In this document: one piece after another, positions 51,301 through 61,389 of the stretch | Numbering within the stretch: the first letter of the stretch is position 1 | How the letters are laid out: the number at the start of each line of letters is the position of its first letter | IMG/VR virus record: IMGVR_UViG_3300010163_002887 | DNA from: a virus | Lineage: Duplodnaviria; Heunggongvirae; Uroviricota; Caudoviricetes | Strand: one strand, 5' to 3' | Length of the DNA: 64,000 nucleotides | Position numbers and translations under genes: made by a program | Notes under the pieces: generated by a model | What the model saw: only the letters and a program-made list of their open reading frames with translations | Databases searched by the model: none | What the model was told of the DNA's origin: nothing

Positions 51301-52002
51301 TCAACGTCTGCGGTTGCTTTGTTTGTTTTCGGTTATTTCCCCAAGTCTTCGGGCTGGGTTGAACTCCTTGCCGTCGCTGTACCCCTGCGAGTAGGCTTTC
51401 GGGTCAATGCTGTCCAGCGATCGGGTCTTGAACGGCTGTTTGCTAAGCTTCTGCGCGCTCTCCTGTACCTCCTTCGGCATAGTCAGCACTAGCCCCCACT
51501 CCTCGCGTTTCTCCTCGTCCTGTTTCTTAATGGCCGTTTGAATGCCTCTGACGAAACCATAGCCGTAGCTGTCACATTGCTGCTTGATGTAGCCGACGTA
51601 ATATCCTTTGTTCTCCTTCTTGACGACCTTGATTCCAGCTCTGATGCAGTCCACGGCGTACCTGAAAATGGTTTCGCATACCTCCACGTCGTCTTCAAGA
51701 CCGATGAATCCGATGTACTGCGTCTGCCTGCCGGATTTGTACGTCCTGTATCCCTTGCAACAGTAGTTCTCTCCTATAATCGCCGAGAGGCCGATAATCC
51801 ACGGGTCACGGCGGCTGCTACAGGTGATGTCCGTCCGCAGGTCTTTGACGGCTTGGCTCTTCGTCTCATCCAACTCTGCCTCGGTGAGCTTGTGCTTGGC
51901 CATCAGTTCACGGGCCTTGAGGAGCGCGAGCTTTGCCTCTTCCTCCTCCGGGCTTTGCGCCAGCGCAAGCAGTTTCTTGATTTTGTCTTTGTAATCAATC
52001 AT
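51301..52002 (-). CDS. hypothetical protein with DUF2786-like N-terminus
   Basis: KIKKLLALAQSPEEEEAKLALLKARELMAKHKL is a DUF2786-type helix-rich N-terminus, common in phage proteins. Confidence 0.4.
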   Translation of the reverse strand: MIDYKDKIKKLLALAQSPEEEEAKLALLKARELMAKHKLTEAELDETKSQAVKDLRTDITCSSRRDPWIIGLSAIIGENYCCKGYRTYKSGRQTQYIGFIGLEDDVEVCETIFRYAVDCIRAGIKVVKKENKGYYVGYIKQQCDSYGYGFVRGIQTAIKKQDEEKREEWGLVLTMPKEVQESAQKLSKQPFKTRSLDSIDPKAYSQGYSDGKEFNPARRLGEITENKQSNRRR

Positions 52003-52085
52003 AAATTATTTGGCGATTCCTCCCACAGGCTTGCCTGTGGGAGGAATCGCCAACCTCCTTTCGATGATATAGCTAAGAGGTATCG

Positions 52086-52724
52086 TCAGAACTCAAAATC
52101 AGCCAAGCAAAACATTTCGGCATCAATCTCTGCGATGTCTTTACACGCATCCTTCGCCATGCTGGTCACGCTGGCGAACCCCTTCGTGTGCCGTCCCCAC
52201 TGACGGGCGGTTTTCCTATCCTTCCAGCACTTCCGCATTCTGTCCAGCATCGGTTTAAAGTAATAACCGCTATAGCCTTTCCGAATGTTGGTATTGACCC
52301 GAATCGGTCGGACATCCAGCTCCAGGTCAACGCTGTCTTCGCGCCTCATCTGACGCGCAAACGATCTGCCTTTGCCGCTCCGCCTTTTACTCTTGCGGCC
52401 AGTGTAAACCCTCTCGTCCCACTCATCGGTCTTCTCAGGGCGCTCCGTTTCCCAGAGGCGGATATCAACAGACCTCCCCTCCTCATCAAGCACCTGATAC
52501 TGACGAAGCATGTAGGAGTCCTTCTCATAGAGAACGCCAGCAACGGAGATGCCAGCAGGGTACAAAAACCGAATATCCTTCCCCGTCACATTCAGCGCTT
52601 TGTAGGAGACGTTCCTCTTGAACCACCACCGCAAAAGCTCATCCTCGCCCTCAAACGTTCCGACGACCTGGTTCGCAATGACATCCATAACACGGTACTT
52701 CATTTTACATATCTCCTTTTTCAA
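52086..52724 (-). CDS. hypothetical basic protein
   Basis: 212 aa; Lys/Arg-rich middle region. Confidence 0.4.
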   Translation of the reverse strand: MKKEICKMKYRVMDVIANQVVGTFEGEDELLRWWFKRNVSYKALNVTGKDIRFLYPAGISVAGVLYEKDSYMLRQYQVLDEEGRSVDIRLWETERPEKTDEWDERVYTGRKSKRRSGKGRSFARQMRREDSVDLELDVRPIRVNTNIRKGYSGYYFKPMLDRMRKCWKDRKTARQWGRHTKGFASVTSMAKDACKDIAEIDAEMFCLADFEF

Positions 52725-52817
52725 TAACCTTTGTTGAATTTTAATTGATAATATGAAAACGAAAAATAAATATCAAAAGGGGAGCCGCCAAACAGCCCCC
52801 CCTTTAATATTTTTAAA

Positions 52818-53348
52818 TTACTTGCTGTTCAAGTAGGACAGAGTAATTTTCCCACAAGAAATGGTTTGTCTCATGTCGATGATTCTTTGGTTGGAAGACC
52901 CCCTGAATTTCAGGGATACGTCTTTTTTGTCGATTTCAAACCTCCCATCCACGAGAATATCGATGTTCCTAAGAATTTCTTCCGTGACCTCGGTTCTTTT
53001 CCGCCCCCCTTCTCCCAAATCCTTCTCAAGCACAAACCCCGTATACGCCCAGATGTCTTTCGTAGGCAGCTCTTTCCGAATACGACGGATGAGTTTGACG
53101 AGTTCTCTCTGATTGCAGGGTTCAAAGGGTTCGCCTCCCAAAAGGGTCAAACCCTGATAATACGACTTGGAAAGCTCCTCGATGATCATGTCCTCGATAG
53201 CGGGGGTGTAGGGCTGTCCATAGGTAAAATCCCAGGTCTGCGGCTGAAAACAGCCAGGACAGTGATTCGTGCAGCCGGAAACGAAAAGCGTTACCCTCAT
53301 CCCCAGCCCGTTTGTTGTGTCAGCCTTCAAGATCTCACCAATATACAA
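52818..53348 (-). CDS. nrdG: anaerobic ribonucleoside-triphosphate reductase activating protein
   Basis: LFVSGCTNHCPGCFQPQTW aligns to E. coli NrdG LFVSGCVHECPGCYNKSTW; GGEP and WxxTG follow. Probable TTG start with RBS AAAGGAGGA, 40 nt after the nrdD stop. Confidence 0.7.
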   Translation of the reverse strand: MYIGEILKADTTNGLGMRVTLFVSGCTNHCPGCFQPQTWDFTYGQPYTPAIEDMIIEELSKSYYQGLTLLGGEPFEPCNQRELVKLIRRIRKELPTKDIWAYTGFVLEKDLGEGGRKRTEVTEEILRNIDILVDGRFEIDKKDVSLKFRGSSNQRIIDMRQTISCGKITLSYLNSK

Positions 53349-53392
53349 TTTTCTGATCCTCCTTTTTAGAAGGGAGAGGCAATGCCCCTCCC

Positions 53393-56300
53393 CTATTTGT
53401 CCAGCGCCGAAATGCTGACATGCAGCACTCGGTCTTTGATTTCTTCTGTGCGGCCCTGATTCCAGAATTGCGTTCCGATATAACCGCATGTTCTGCGGGC
53501 CACGTTCATCTTGTGCTGATCGCGGTTGCCGCACTTCGGACATTCCCAAATCAGTTTGCCATCTTCCTCAACGATCTTGATCTCGCCATCATATCCGCAA
53601 ACCTGGCAATAATCGCTTTTCGTGTTCAGTTCGGCGTACATGATGTGATCGTAAATGTACTGGATAATAGTGAGGACTGCCGGGATGTTGTCCTGCATGT
53701 TTGGAACTTCAATATACGAAATCGCACCACCGGGCGACAACGCCTGGAACTCGGACTCGAAGTCCAACTTGGTGAAGGCGTCAATTTCCTCGCGGACGTT
53801 GACATGATAGGAGTTCGTGATATACCCGTGGTCAGTCACGCCTTCGATGATTCCAAATTTCTTCTGGAGCAGTTTGGAGAACCGATACGTCGCCGACTCG
53901 ATGGGTGTGCCATACAGGCTGTACGCGATGTTCTCCTCTTCCCGCCACTGCGAGCATTTGTCATTCATATACTGCATGATCTGCTTCGCGAACGGCTTTC
54001 CTTCCGGCTCCGTGTGGCTGTGTCCAGTCATGTAATAGACCGCCTCATACAGACCGGCGTAGCCGAGACTGATGGTGGAGTAGCCGCCATACAGGAGCTT
54101 GTCGATTGGCTCTCCGGGATTGAGCCGCGCAAGCGCGCCGTGCTGCCAGAGAATCGGCGCAATGTCACTGGGCGTTCCCAGCAGACGCTCATGCCTGATT
54201 CTCAGAGCGCGATGACAAAGCTCAAGCGTTTCGTCAAAGATCCTCCAGAATTCGCTCTTGTCCCCTTGGGACGAAAGGGCTGCGTAAGGGAGGTTGATGG
54301 TAACGACGCCCTGGTTGAACCGTCCGTAGTATTTGGGCTTGCCTTTCTCATCCACATATGGGGTGAGAAAAGATCTGCATCCCATGCACGGATAAGCCTG
54401 TCCGTTGCCGTTAGCATCGATTTTCAGACGTTTCATCTGCTTTTCGCTGATATAATCAGGAACCATGCGTTTCGCCGTGCATTTGGCGGCAAGCTCTGTG
54501 AGATACCAGTAAGGCGAATCCGGGTGGATATTATCCTCCTCAAGGACATAGAGAAGTTTCGGAAATGCCGGTGTCACCCAAACCCCAGCCCTGTTCTTGA
54601 CTCCCTGAATGCGTTGCTTGAACAGCTCTTCAATGAGCATCGCGAGATCATCTTTGAGTCTCTGGTCGTCTCCGGCCTCACCCAAATAGCAACAAATGCT
54701 GATAAAGGGTGTCTGCCCGTTCGTAGTCATGATCGTCAGAATCTGATACTGAATGGTCTGGATACCTTTTTCGATCTCCTTTTGCAGACGCTTCCTGACA
54801 ACCGCATCCAGAACCTTTTCGTAGTTCTCGGCACCCTTGTTCAGGCCAGTCATCGACAGCTCTTCTTCTACTTCCTTACGAATCGCTTTTCTGCTGACAT
54901 CTACAAAGGGCGCGAGGTGGGTCAGGGTGATGGTCTGACCGCCGTGCTGGTTGGAGGCGACTTGGGCGATCACCTGCGTTGCAATGTTGGCAGCACAGCT
55001 AAAGCTATGGGGTTTTTCAATCATGGTGTCCGTGATAACCGTGCCATTCTGAAGCATGTCATCCAGTTCGACAAGACAGCAGTTGCCCGTGACAACACCA
55101 CCGTCCAAAGTAAAGCTGTGAGTTATTGGCTCTTCCACACACCAAACATCTTGCTCAAGCGTCCCCCTGTGATGGGGTTCTATTTTCTCAACCTTCCAAA
55201 GGTTGTTGAGATACTGTCTGGTACGAAAATTTACACGATATAGAATAGCACCTGTCTTGAAGTTCGTGTCGTGTTCAATAACTTTGATACTTGAAATGTG
55301 ATAGCCAGCAATTGCGGAAATATCCTGAATCATTGCAAGCATCCTTGCATCCGATGTACAAATTTGATTTCTGTCCCGACTACCATCTGCTGCATATAAC
55401 CCACGGAACAGCATCTCCTTATCATGACTACTCAAATACTTCCAAACAGATTTGTCCAAAAAGTCCTGTTTAGACAAGTCGCACATTTTTGTGAAAACTA
55501 AGTCCTTTCCATCAACCTCGGAGTATCGGTAATCGGCTTTTATGAATAAATCTTTGTATTCTATTTTGTGTCCACATAATCTAATCTGAAGTCCTCTTTT
55601 TATATCAACTCCATCTCCAAGAACAAAACCAAAGGCGAACATTTTTGCATCTCTTTGATCCATTTGCCGATTAGAATTGCTCAATTCATGAAGCGCATAC
55701 AACGAATCGCCAACAGATAGATTAGTTGTCACTGTCCCGTCGCTCAAGATCCACCGATGGTCTTTTGTACACACAATAACCTTTTTACTTCTTGCAGAAT
55801 GAATCGTAACATTATAGAGTTTCTGCTTACCATACTTGTGAACGACCGCATCGCGCCACTGCCCATCCTTATCAAGGACAACCACCTTCTGACCATCATA
55901 GCAGTCAGAAAAAGCAATAACACCGTTATTTGTTACAAACTTTGTTCTACTACTAAAACAGTTGTGAATGCGCTGGGCGAAGAAATCCATGTCGTGAAAA
56001 TGAATCCGTCCATCGTCATGAGCCATAACGATATCTTCCGGCAACAGCAGACGCCGAGAGATGTCCCGACTGGTCTGTCCAGCCATGTAATCGCGCTGGG
56101 TGGAAGCAATCGCGACATTTTTGTTCGCGTTTTCCGTGCGCAGCTCCTCATTTGTGCCGTTTACGATGGACAGAATCTCGGCATCCGTGGTATTGCCGCG
56201 CATCTGATTGTGCTGGAAACGGTAGATAATGTAGCTCTGCGCGAGGTTGTACGCGCCCGCCCGCATAAGCTCTTTGATGACCATGTTCTGGACTTCCTCC

Positions 56301-56479
56301 ACATTCGGGATGTGTCCGAGCTTTTTGCATTGCTCTTCCACGACCATTGCGGCCAGCTTGACACGCTCCTTCGGCAGTCGATCCATAGCATCGGCGGAGC
56401 GGTTCGCCTTCTCAATCGCGACCTCGATCTTACTCTTGTCGAATGTAACCTCTTCACCAGAACGTTTGATAATACGCAT
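53393..56479 (-). CDS. nrdD: anaerobic ribonucleoside-triphosphate reductase (class III) with an in-frame intein
   Basis: N-terminal ATP-cone, catalytic-core blocks, and C-terminal glycyl-radical region with a Zn ribbon (CQVCGYDG...CPKCG). 1028 aa, against about 700 for intein-less NrdD. Stop codon is TAG. Confidence 0.85.
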   Translation of the reverse strand: MRIIKRSGEEVTFDKSKIEVAIEKANRSADAMDRLPKERVKLAAMVVEEQCKKLGHIPNVEEVQNMVIKELMRAGAYNLAQSYIIYRFQHNQMRGNTTDAEILSIVNGTNEELRTENANKNVAIASTQRDYMAGQTSRDISRRLLLPEDIVMAHDDGRIHFHDMDFFAQRIHNCFSSRTKFVTNNGVIAFSDCYDGQKVVVLDKDGQWRDAVVHKYGKQKLYNVTIHSARSKKVIVCTKDHRWILSDGTVTTNLSVGDSLYALHELSNSNRQMDQRDAKMFAFGFVLGDGVDIKRGLQIRLCGHKIEYKDLFIKADYRYSEVDGKDLVFTKMCDLSKQDFLDKSVWKYLSSHDKEMLFRGLYAADGSRDRNQICTSDARMLAMIQDISAIAGYHISSIKVIEHDTNFKTGAILYRVNFRTRQYLNNLWKVEKIEPHHRGTLEQDVWCVEEPITHSFTLDGGVVTGNCCLVELDDMLQNGTVITDTMIEKPHSFSCAANIATQVIAQVASNQHGGQTITLTHLAPFVDVSRKAIRKEVEEELSMTGLNKGAENYEKVLDAVVRKRLQKEIEKGIQTIQYQILTIMTTNGQTPFISICCYLGEAGDDQRLKDDLAMLIEELFKQRIQGVKNRAGVWVTPAFPKLLYVLEEDNIHPDSPYWYLTELAAKCTAKRMVPDYISEKQMKRLKIDANGNGQAYPCMGCRSFLTPYVDEKGKPKYYGRFNQGVVTINLPYAALSSQGDKSEFWRIFDETLELCHRALRIRHERLLGTPSDIAPILWQHGALARLNPGEPIDKLLYGGYSTISLGYAGLYEAVYYMTGHSHTEPEGKPFAKQIMQYMNDKCSQWREEENIAYSLYGTPIESATYRFSKLLQKKFGIIEGVTDHGYITNSYHVNVREEIDAFTKLDFESEFQALSPGGAISYIEVPNMQDNIPAVLTIIQYIYDHIMYAELNTKSDYCQVCGYDGEIKIVEEDGKLIWECPKCGNRDQHKMNVARRTCGYIGTQFWNQGRTEEIKDRVLHVSISALDK
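55082..55960 (-). other. LAGLIDADG-type intein within nrdD (about 293 aa; approximate bounds)
   Basis: Inserted after ...AQRIHN. Starts CFSSRTKFVT. Two LAGLIDADG motifs (FAFGFVLGDGV and LFRGLYAADGS). Intein-like C-terminal blocks VWCVEEPITHSFTLDGGVVTGN, followed by the extein Cys (CLVELDD). The penultimate residue is Gly rather than His. Confidence 0.6.
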
Positions 56480-56518
56480 AAAAATTACTCCTTTCCAAAT
56501 TGAGAGATACGATAAAAT

Positions 56519-56755
56519 TTAGCTACGACATAAGGCTTGAACAAGCTCATTGATAACAATATCTTGAATTCTGTCAATTTTAGAAATGTGTCCAAACAGA
56601 TTCCAATAATCTTCCAGCACAATTGCCGCTAAATTGAAATGCTCTTCTGGCAATCGATTTACTTCCTTGGATGCTCGCTTTGATTTTTCATTAGCAACTT
56701 TGAGTTTTCTCTTGTCCAAAGTAAATTCTCTGCCGGAACTCATGCCAATAGGCAT
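56519..56755 (-). CDS. standalone ATP-cone domain protein (paralog of the NrdD N-terminus)
   Basis: MPIGMSSGREFTLDKRKLKVANEKSKRASKEVNRLPEEHFNLAAIV... parallels NrdD residues 1-80. Own RBS AAAGGAGGGAAGG. The ORF track's longer N-terminal extension is probably spurious. Confidence 0.5.
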   Translation of the reverse strand: MPIGMSSGREFTLDKRKLKVANEKSKRASKEVNRLPEEHFNLAAIVLEDYWNLFGHISKIDRIQDIVINELVQALCRS

Positions 56756-57127
56756 TGACCTTCCCTCCTTTCTTAAATGTACGATACGTCTGAATTTGCT
56801 AATGGAACAAGATATGCCAAATAAATTCAATGTATCAACCCATATATAGACAGCCTGTATGTGTAACTGCTTAGAATGTACGGAAAGCATTTCATATTAT
56901 CAAAACCAAGCATTGAAGTTTGCCTATGCGAGAGCCGCTGCGTGGCTGGTGCTGGGGGTGGGAGTTGGGAGGCGCAGGAGGAGTGAATCAATTCGATCAT
57001 CTCGTGTTCTGCAAAGCTAAAACACATCAGTTGATTTGATATTTGCAAGCTGTTTTCTGTATTATGATGTAAACAAAATAAAAGGCTGGCTTAAAAAATT
57101 CTGTATAAAATAAATGGGGGTCTAAGA

Positions 57128-57433
57128 ATGGACAAGAAAAATAAAAATCTTTTTGATTTGATTCGAAAAAAAGTAGCGGCCTACATCAAAAAAGAAGTAG
57201 ATAAAGGTACGTGCCATAAATCTTATGAAGGCACTTGGGAAGTGCTGGCATCCTTTCCTGATTATTTTGAGGATGAAACTGCCACAGCTCCTCCGAATTT
57301 CTATCGCATTACTCTGCATTGCTATCTTCTTGGCCCTGATCGACACTATAACTGGGACGGCAACACACTTGAAGAAGCATTGAGAAAATGCGAATGCTCT
57401 ATTGACAACTGGATCAAAGATGCAGCAGAATAA
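57128..57433 (+). CDS. hypothetical protein
   Basis: 101 aa; followed by hairpin CTCAGAGTACACTTGGTACTCTGAG (57471-57495). Confidence 0.4.
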   Translation: MDKKNKNLFDLIRKKVAAYIKKEVDKGTCHKSYEGTWEVLASFPDYFEDETATAPPNFYRITLHCYLLGPDRHYNWDGNTLEEALRKCECSIDNWIKDAAE

Positions 57434-57558
57434 TTTCAGGGACGGGAGTGGACGTTGTTAGGGTAAAAAAATAACTCAGAGTACACTTGGTACTCTGAGC
57501 TATTAATCTACCATCTATCGACGCACCCAAGACCACCCCTCGACCTCAACCACACACC

Positions 57559-57569
57559 CCGCAAAGGCA
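57559..57569. repeat. CCGCAAAGGCA core copy
   Basis: CACACACCCCGCAAAGGCAAGGCC, intergenic. Confidence 0.4.
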
Positions 57570-58111
57570 AGGCCCAGTAGCATGACATTGGAAAAATCAA
57601 TGTTTTTGAATCAGGCGTATAAATAAAAAGATCCCCACATTTTTGTGGAGATTAGCGATTCAGGGCCTTGATATTTCAGAAAAAAAGCCGTAATATATTT
57701 GAAAAATTAGAAATCTCAACAGAAAGAATTGATTCGAAATGGTGTCATCATCATTTTCGTCGCAAAGAATAAAAAAGCAAAAAGATCTCGCTTGTAGAAA
57801 ATATAAGGCTCAAATGCGTCGAAGCTTTATTAAAGCGAGAATTTCAATCAATTTACCGTATCATATCTAAAATAAATTGTCAAATTCTTAGTAGAAGGGA
57901 GCGGTTTTCAATGATAGTATTATCTTCTTTGCCACAAAGAATGCAAAGGCATAGAGAATTTGCCAGAGGGAGACGAGACGCACAAATATGTAGAAGTCTA
58001 ATAAAAGCCAAATCCCCAGATAAAGAAGACAAAATTTTTGAGTATTGGGATCGGGCAAAAATGACATCATCTGGGGCAAAACTCGAATGATTTGAAAGGA
58101 GTGATCCGCAC

Positions 58112-59110
58112 ATGACTCAATCTGATTTAAAAGAGCTTATTGCCCGGCCTGAATATGATTTTCTTCGTAAGGACGAACATTTAAATGGTCGAATTGTCTT
58201 TTTGACACTTGGCGGCAGCCATGCATATGGAACTGATACTGCTGCATCTGATGTGGATATTCGAGGCTGTGCGCTAAATTCCCCATCAGATCTTTTGGGA
58301 ATGACCAGTTTTGAGCATAAAGTTGATAGGATCACAGACACAACGGTCTATAGCTTCAACAAACTTATTTCTCTGTTGCTTTCGTGTAATCCAAATGCAA
58401 TCGAATTGCTTGGTTGCAAGCCGGAACACTATATTATAGTCAGTGAAATCGGCAAAGAATTGATTGCCAACCGCAAAATGTTTCTGTCACAAAAAGCAAG
58501 CAGCTCTTTTAGAAAATATGCTATCAGTCAACTACGTTGTTTGGAAAATGCCATCGCAAGAGATCGTCTGCCGCAGGAGGAAAGAGAAGCCCATATCATG
58601 CATTCTATGACTCACTCCCTCGAATCCCTTGGACGGGATCAAGGCGTTGAACTTTTTCTTGATGACAGTAAAAACGAGGGGCGCGCAAAAGAAATCTTTG
58701 CCAACATCTCCCTCACCCACTACCCCGTTCGCTCCTTCCGCATCCTGCTCAACGAGTTGGATGGAATCATGAAATCATATGACCATCCGAATCATCGGAA
58801 TCACAAGAAAGACGAGAAACATCTTAATAAACACGCTATGCACCTCATTCGGCTGTTTCTGACCTGCATAGATCTTCTGGAAAAGGGCGACATCATCACA
58901 AACCGAGAGAACGACCATGACTTGTTAATGAGTATCAGAAACGGCGCGTACATGAATCCAGATGGAACATACCAACAGGAATTTTTTGACATGGTAAACC
59001 AGTACGAACAAAGGCTCAACTATGCCAAGCAAAATACAGGTTTGCCGAAGGAACCAGATCTGAAACAGATCGAAGAGTTTGTCATGGATGTCAATCGAAA
59101 ATCTATCTAG
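58112..59110 (+). CDS. nucleotidyltransferase-domain protein (Pol-beta superfamily)
   Basis: LTLGGSHAYGTDTAASDVDIRG fits the GS-x(9-13)-DxD motif. 332 aa with a long helical C-terminal region. RBS GAAAGGAG. Confidence 0.55.
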   Translation: MTQSDLKELIARPEYDFLRKDEHLNGRIVFLTLGGSHAYGTDTAASDVDIRGCALNSPSDLLGMTSFEHKVDRITDTTVYSFNKLISLLLSCNPNAIELLGCKPEHYIIVSEIGKELIANRKMFLSQKASSSFRKYAISQLRCLENAIARDRLPQEEREAHIMHSMTHSLESLGRDQGVELFLDDSKNEGRAKEIFANISLTHYPVRSFRILLNELDGIMKSYDHPNHRNHKKDEKHLNKHAMHLIRLFLTCIDLLEKGDIITNRENDHDLLMSIRNGAYMNPDGTYQQEFFDMVNQYEQRLNYAKQNTGLPKEPDLKQIEEFVMDVNRKSI

Positions 59111-59127
59111 TAAAAGGAGGATGTACC

Positions 59128-59742
59128 ATGTCTGCGCAATTTGATGCAACGAAAATGTATACCTACGTGAAAGGTTACGCAATGGGTCAGAAATGGCATG
59201 ACACACTCACAGCCCTAGCGCTGGCCCGTACTGCCCACAAAGACCAGCGGCGGAAAAGCGGAGAGCCATATTTTGTTCACCCGCTTACAGTCGCTTGCCA
59301 CGCCCTTGCGCTCGGAATTGAGGAAGACGTAGTTATTGCGGCCGCTCTTTTGCATGATGTCGTTGAAGACTGCAATATCTCGGTAGAATCCCTACACATT
59401 TCTGACGACACAAAGGATGCGGTTCGCAGGCTGACCCATGTAAAAGGGAAACCCCTTGAACCCTATTATTGCCAAATTGGAGATAGCAGAGTTGCATCGC
59501 TGGTCAAGTTACTTGACCGCTGCGATAATGTATCTACGATGGCCGGGGTGTTTTCCGTTGAAAAAATCCACCAGTATATAGAGGAAACCAGAGAATATGT
59601 CCTGCCACTGCTTCGCAAAACGAAAGACCAGTGGCCGGAAGATTCAAACGTGTTGTTCGTGCTGAAATATCATATTTTATCAGTCATCGATGGCCTGGAA
59701 AAGTGCTTGAATGTCAGTCAGGACAAAGCAGCAACCGCATGA
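59128..59742 (+). CDS. HD-domain hydrolase of the RelA/SpoT type (small alarmone hydrolase-like)
   Basis: HKDQRRKSGEPYFVHPLTVA and AALLHDVVEDC match the SpoT hydrolase signature. 204 aa. Starts 18 nt after the NTase gene behind RBS AAAGGAGGA. Confidence 0.65.
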   Translation: MSAQFDATKMYTYVKGYAMGQKWHDTLTALALARTAHKDQRRKSGEPYFVHPLTVACHALALGIEEDVVIAAALLHDVVEDCNISVESLHISDDTKDAVRRLTHVKGKPLEPYYCQIGDSRVASLVKLLDRCDNVSTMAGVFSVEKIHQYIEETREYVLPLLRKTKDQWPEDSNVLFVLKYHILSVIDGLEKCLNVSQDKAATA

Positions 59743-59781
59743 GCGCGCTGCGCATCAAGTAGCGGTACTACCCGCCCCACC

Positions 59782-59813
59782 GAGAGCCGCGAAAGCGGCT
59801 CTCGCAAAGGCTT
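59782..59813. repeat. repeat unit: hairpin GAGAGCCGC-GAAA-GCGGCTCTC plus GCAAAGGC
   Basis: Degenerate copy of the family, downstream of the HD gene. Confidence 0.5.
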
Positions 59814-59846
59814 AATGCAAAAAATAGACAAAAGCAGGTGATATAA

Positions 59847-61166
59847 ATGATCAAAGAAGGAGCTAAAGATATTCTTCAGGAATTGCAATCCTATGGATTC
59901 GACGCCTATCTTGTGGGAGGCTGTGTCCGGGACTCTCTGCTCGGGAAAACTCCTACAGATTGGGATATCGCAACATCCGCAACCCCTGATGAGGTTATGC
60001 GGATTTTCAAGGAAGCAAAACCGACCGGGTTGCAACACGGTACTGTGACTGTCAATCACGGCTATGAAGTCACGACTTTCCGTGTTGATGGGAGCTATTC
60101 TGACGGCAGGCATCCCGATCAGGTCATCTTCTCAAAAGACATTCGCCAGGATCTGGCCCGCCGAGACTTCACCATCAATGCGATGGCCTACGATGGGCAG
60201 ACACTTGTTGACCCATTTGGCGGTCAAGTAGATCTACAAAAAGGCATCCTGCGTTGCGTGGGTGACGCACGGGCGAGGTTTCGGGAGGATGGGTTACGCA
60301 TCATGAGAGCGCTCCGATTTGCCTCGGTCTACGACTTGACCATTGAGAGCAGCACCGAGGACGCTATCCACGAGTGCAAAGAACTTCTACAAAACATTGC
60401 GGTGGAACGCATTCGGGTCGAACTCTGCAAGCTGCTCTGCGGCAAAGCCGCCCCAAGGCTCCTCCTATCCTTCCCCGACATCCTCTCCTTCATCATCCCC
60501 CAGTTCCACCCCTGCGTCGGCTTTAAGCAGAACAACCCTTACCATTGCTTTGACGTGTATGGTCATATTGCTCATGCGGTTGCCGCCTATCCTAGATCTG
60601 ATCTGTCTGTGAAGATGGCGCTCCTGCTGCATGATATAGGGAAACCATCAGTCTATACGGAGGATGAACGCGGTGGACACTTCTATGGACATGCGGAAAT
60701 TAGCCAAGAAATTGCTGAAAAGGTTATGCAGAGACTCAAGTTTGACAATGCAACCGCATCAGAGGTGGTTCAGCTCGTGGGATATCACGATGCTACTATT
60801 GCACCTACCAAGAAAACCGTTCGACGCTGGTTCAACAAAATCGGCCCAGAGCTTTTTGCAAAGTTGCTGATTGTCCAGGAGGCCGACTGCAAGGCTCACT
60901 CCCCTATTGCTCAGGAGAAAAAGCTTTCTGTGCTTTCAGAGATCCAGAAGGTCATGAAAAACGTTCTTGAAGAAAAAGAATGTTTCTCACTGAAGGATCT
61001 CGCAATCAATGGTCGGGATGTCATTGCGCTTGGGGTTCCCGAGGGAAGGCGCGTGGGAGAGATTCTGAACCAGTTGCTGGGGGAGGTTATGGAGGAAAGG
61101 TTAGAGAATGAGCAGGGGGCGTTGATGGGGAGGGCGAAAGAAATTGTCTGTAATAATGCAGATTAA
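59847..61166 (+). CDS. cca: CCA-adding tRNA nucleotidyltransferase (class II, head domain plus HD domain)
   Basis: GGCVRDSLLGKTPTDWDIAT, RDFTINAMAYD, and a C-terminal HD region (LLHDIGK). Confidence 0.8.
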   Translation: MIKEGAKDILQELQSYGFDAYLVGGCVRDSLLGKTPTDWDIATSATPDEVMRIFKEAKPTGLQHGTVTVNHGYEVTTFRVDGSYSDGRHPDQVIFSKDIRQDLARRDFTINAMAYDGQTLVDPFGGQVDLQKGILRCVGDARARFREDGLRIMRALRFASVYDLTIESSTEDAIHECKELLQNIAVERIRVELCKLLCGKAAPRLLLSFPDILSFIIPQFHPCVGFKQNNPYHCFDVYGHIAHAVAAYPRSDLSVKMALLLHDIGKPSVYTEDERGGHFYGHAEISQEIAEKVMQRLKFDNATASEVVQLVGYHDATIAPTKKTVRRWFNKIGPELFAKLLIVQEADCKAHSPIAQEKKLSVLSEIQKVMKNVLEEKECFSLKDLAINGRDVIALGVPEGRRVGEILNQLLGEVMEERLENEQGALMGRAKEIVCNNAD

Positions 61167-61389
61167 CATTTGAAATCACGGCATACCTCTACAGAAACAA
61201 CTATTCCATTGATAAAAAAACCAAGAAAATAGTTGACTTTTCGATGACCATCACATATAATAACATAAATTTTCGAGACTGTTTTGGTTTCTCCCGTTTA
61301 GGGCGATAATCCTCTTCCTGGGTTATCGCCTGTTCTTTTTCATTACATTTTCTAAGCATGGAAAAATGCCAAAGGAGAAGTGATGCATT

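Noticed and set aside
53420-55243. 607-aa ORF antisense to nrdD
   Set aside because: It is embedded in nrdD on the opposite strand; nrdD has strong conserved motifs, and the antisense frame is open only by codon-composition chance.
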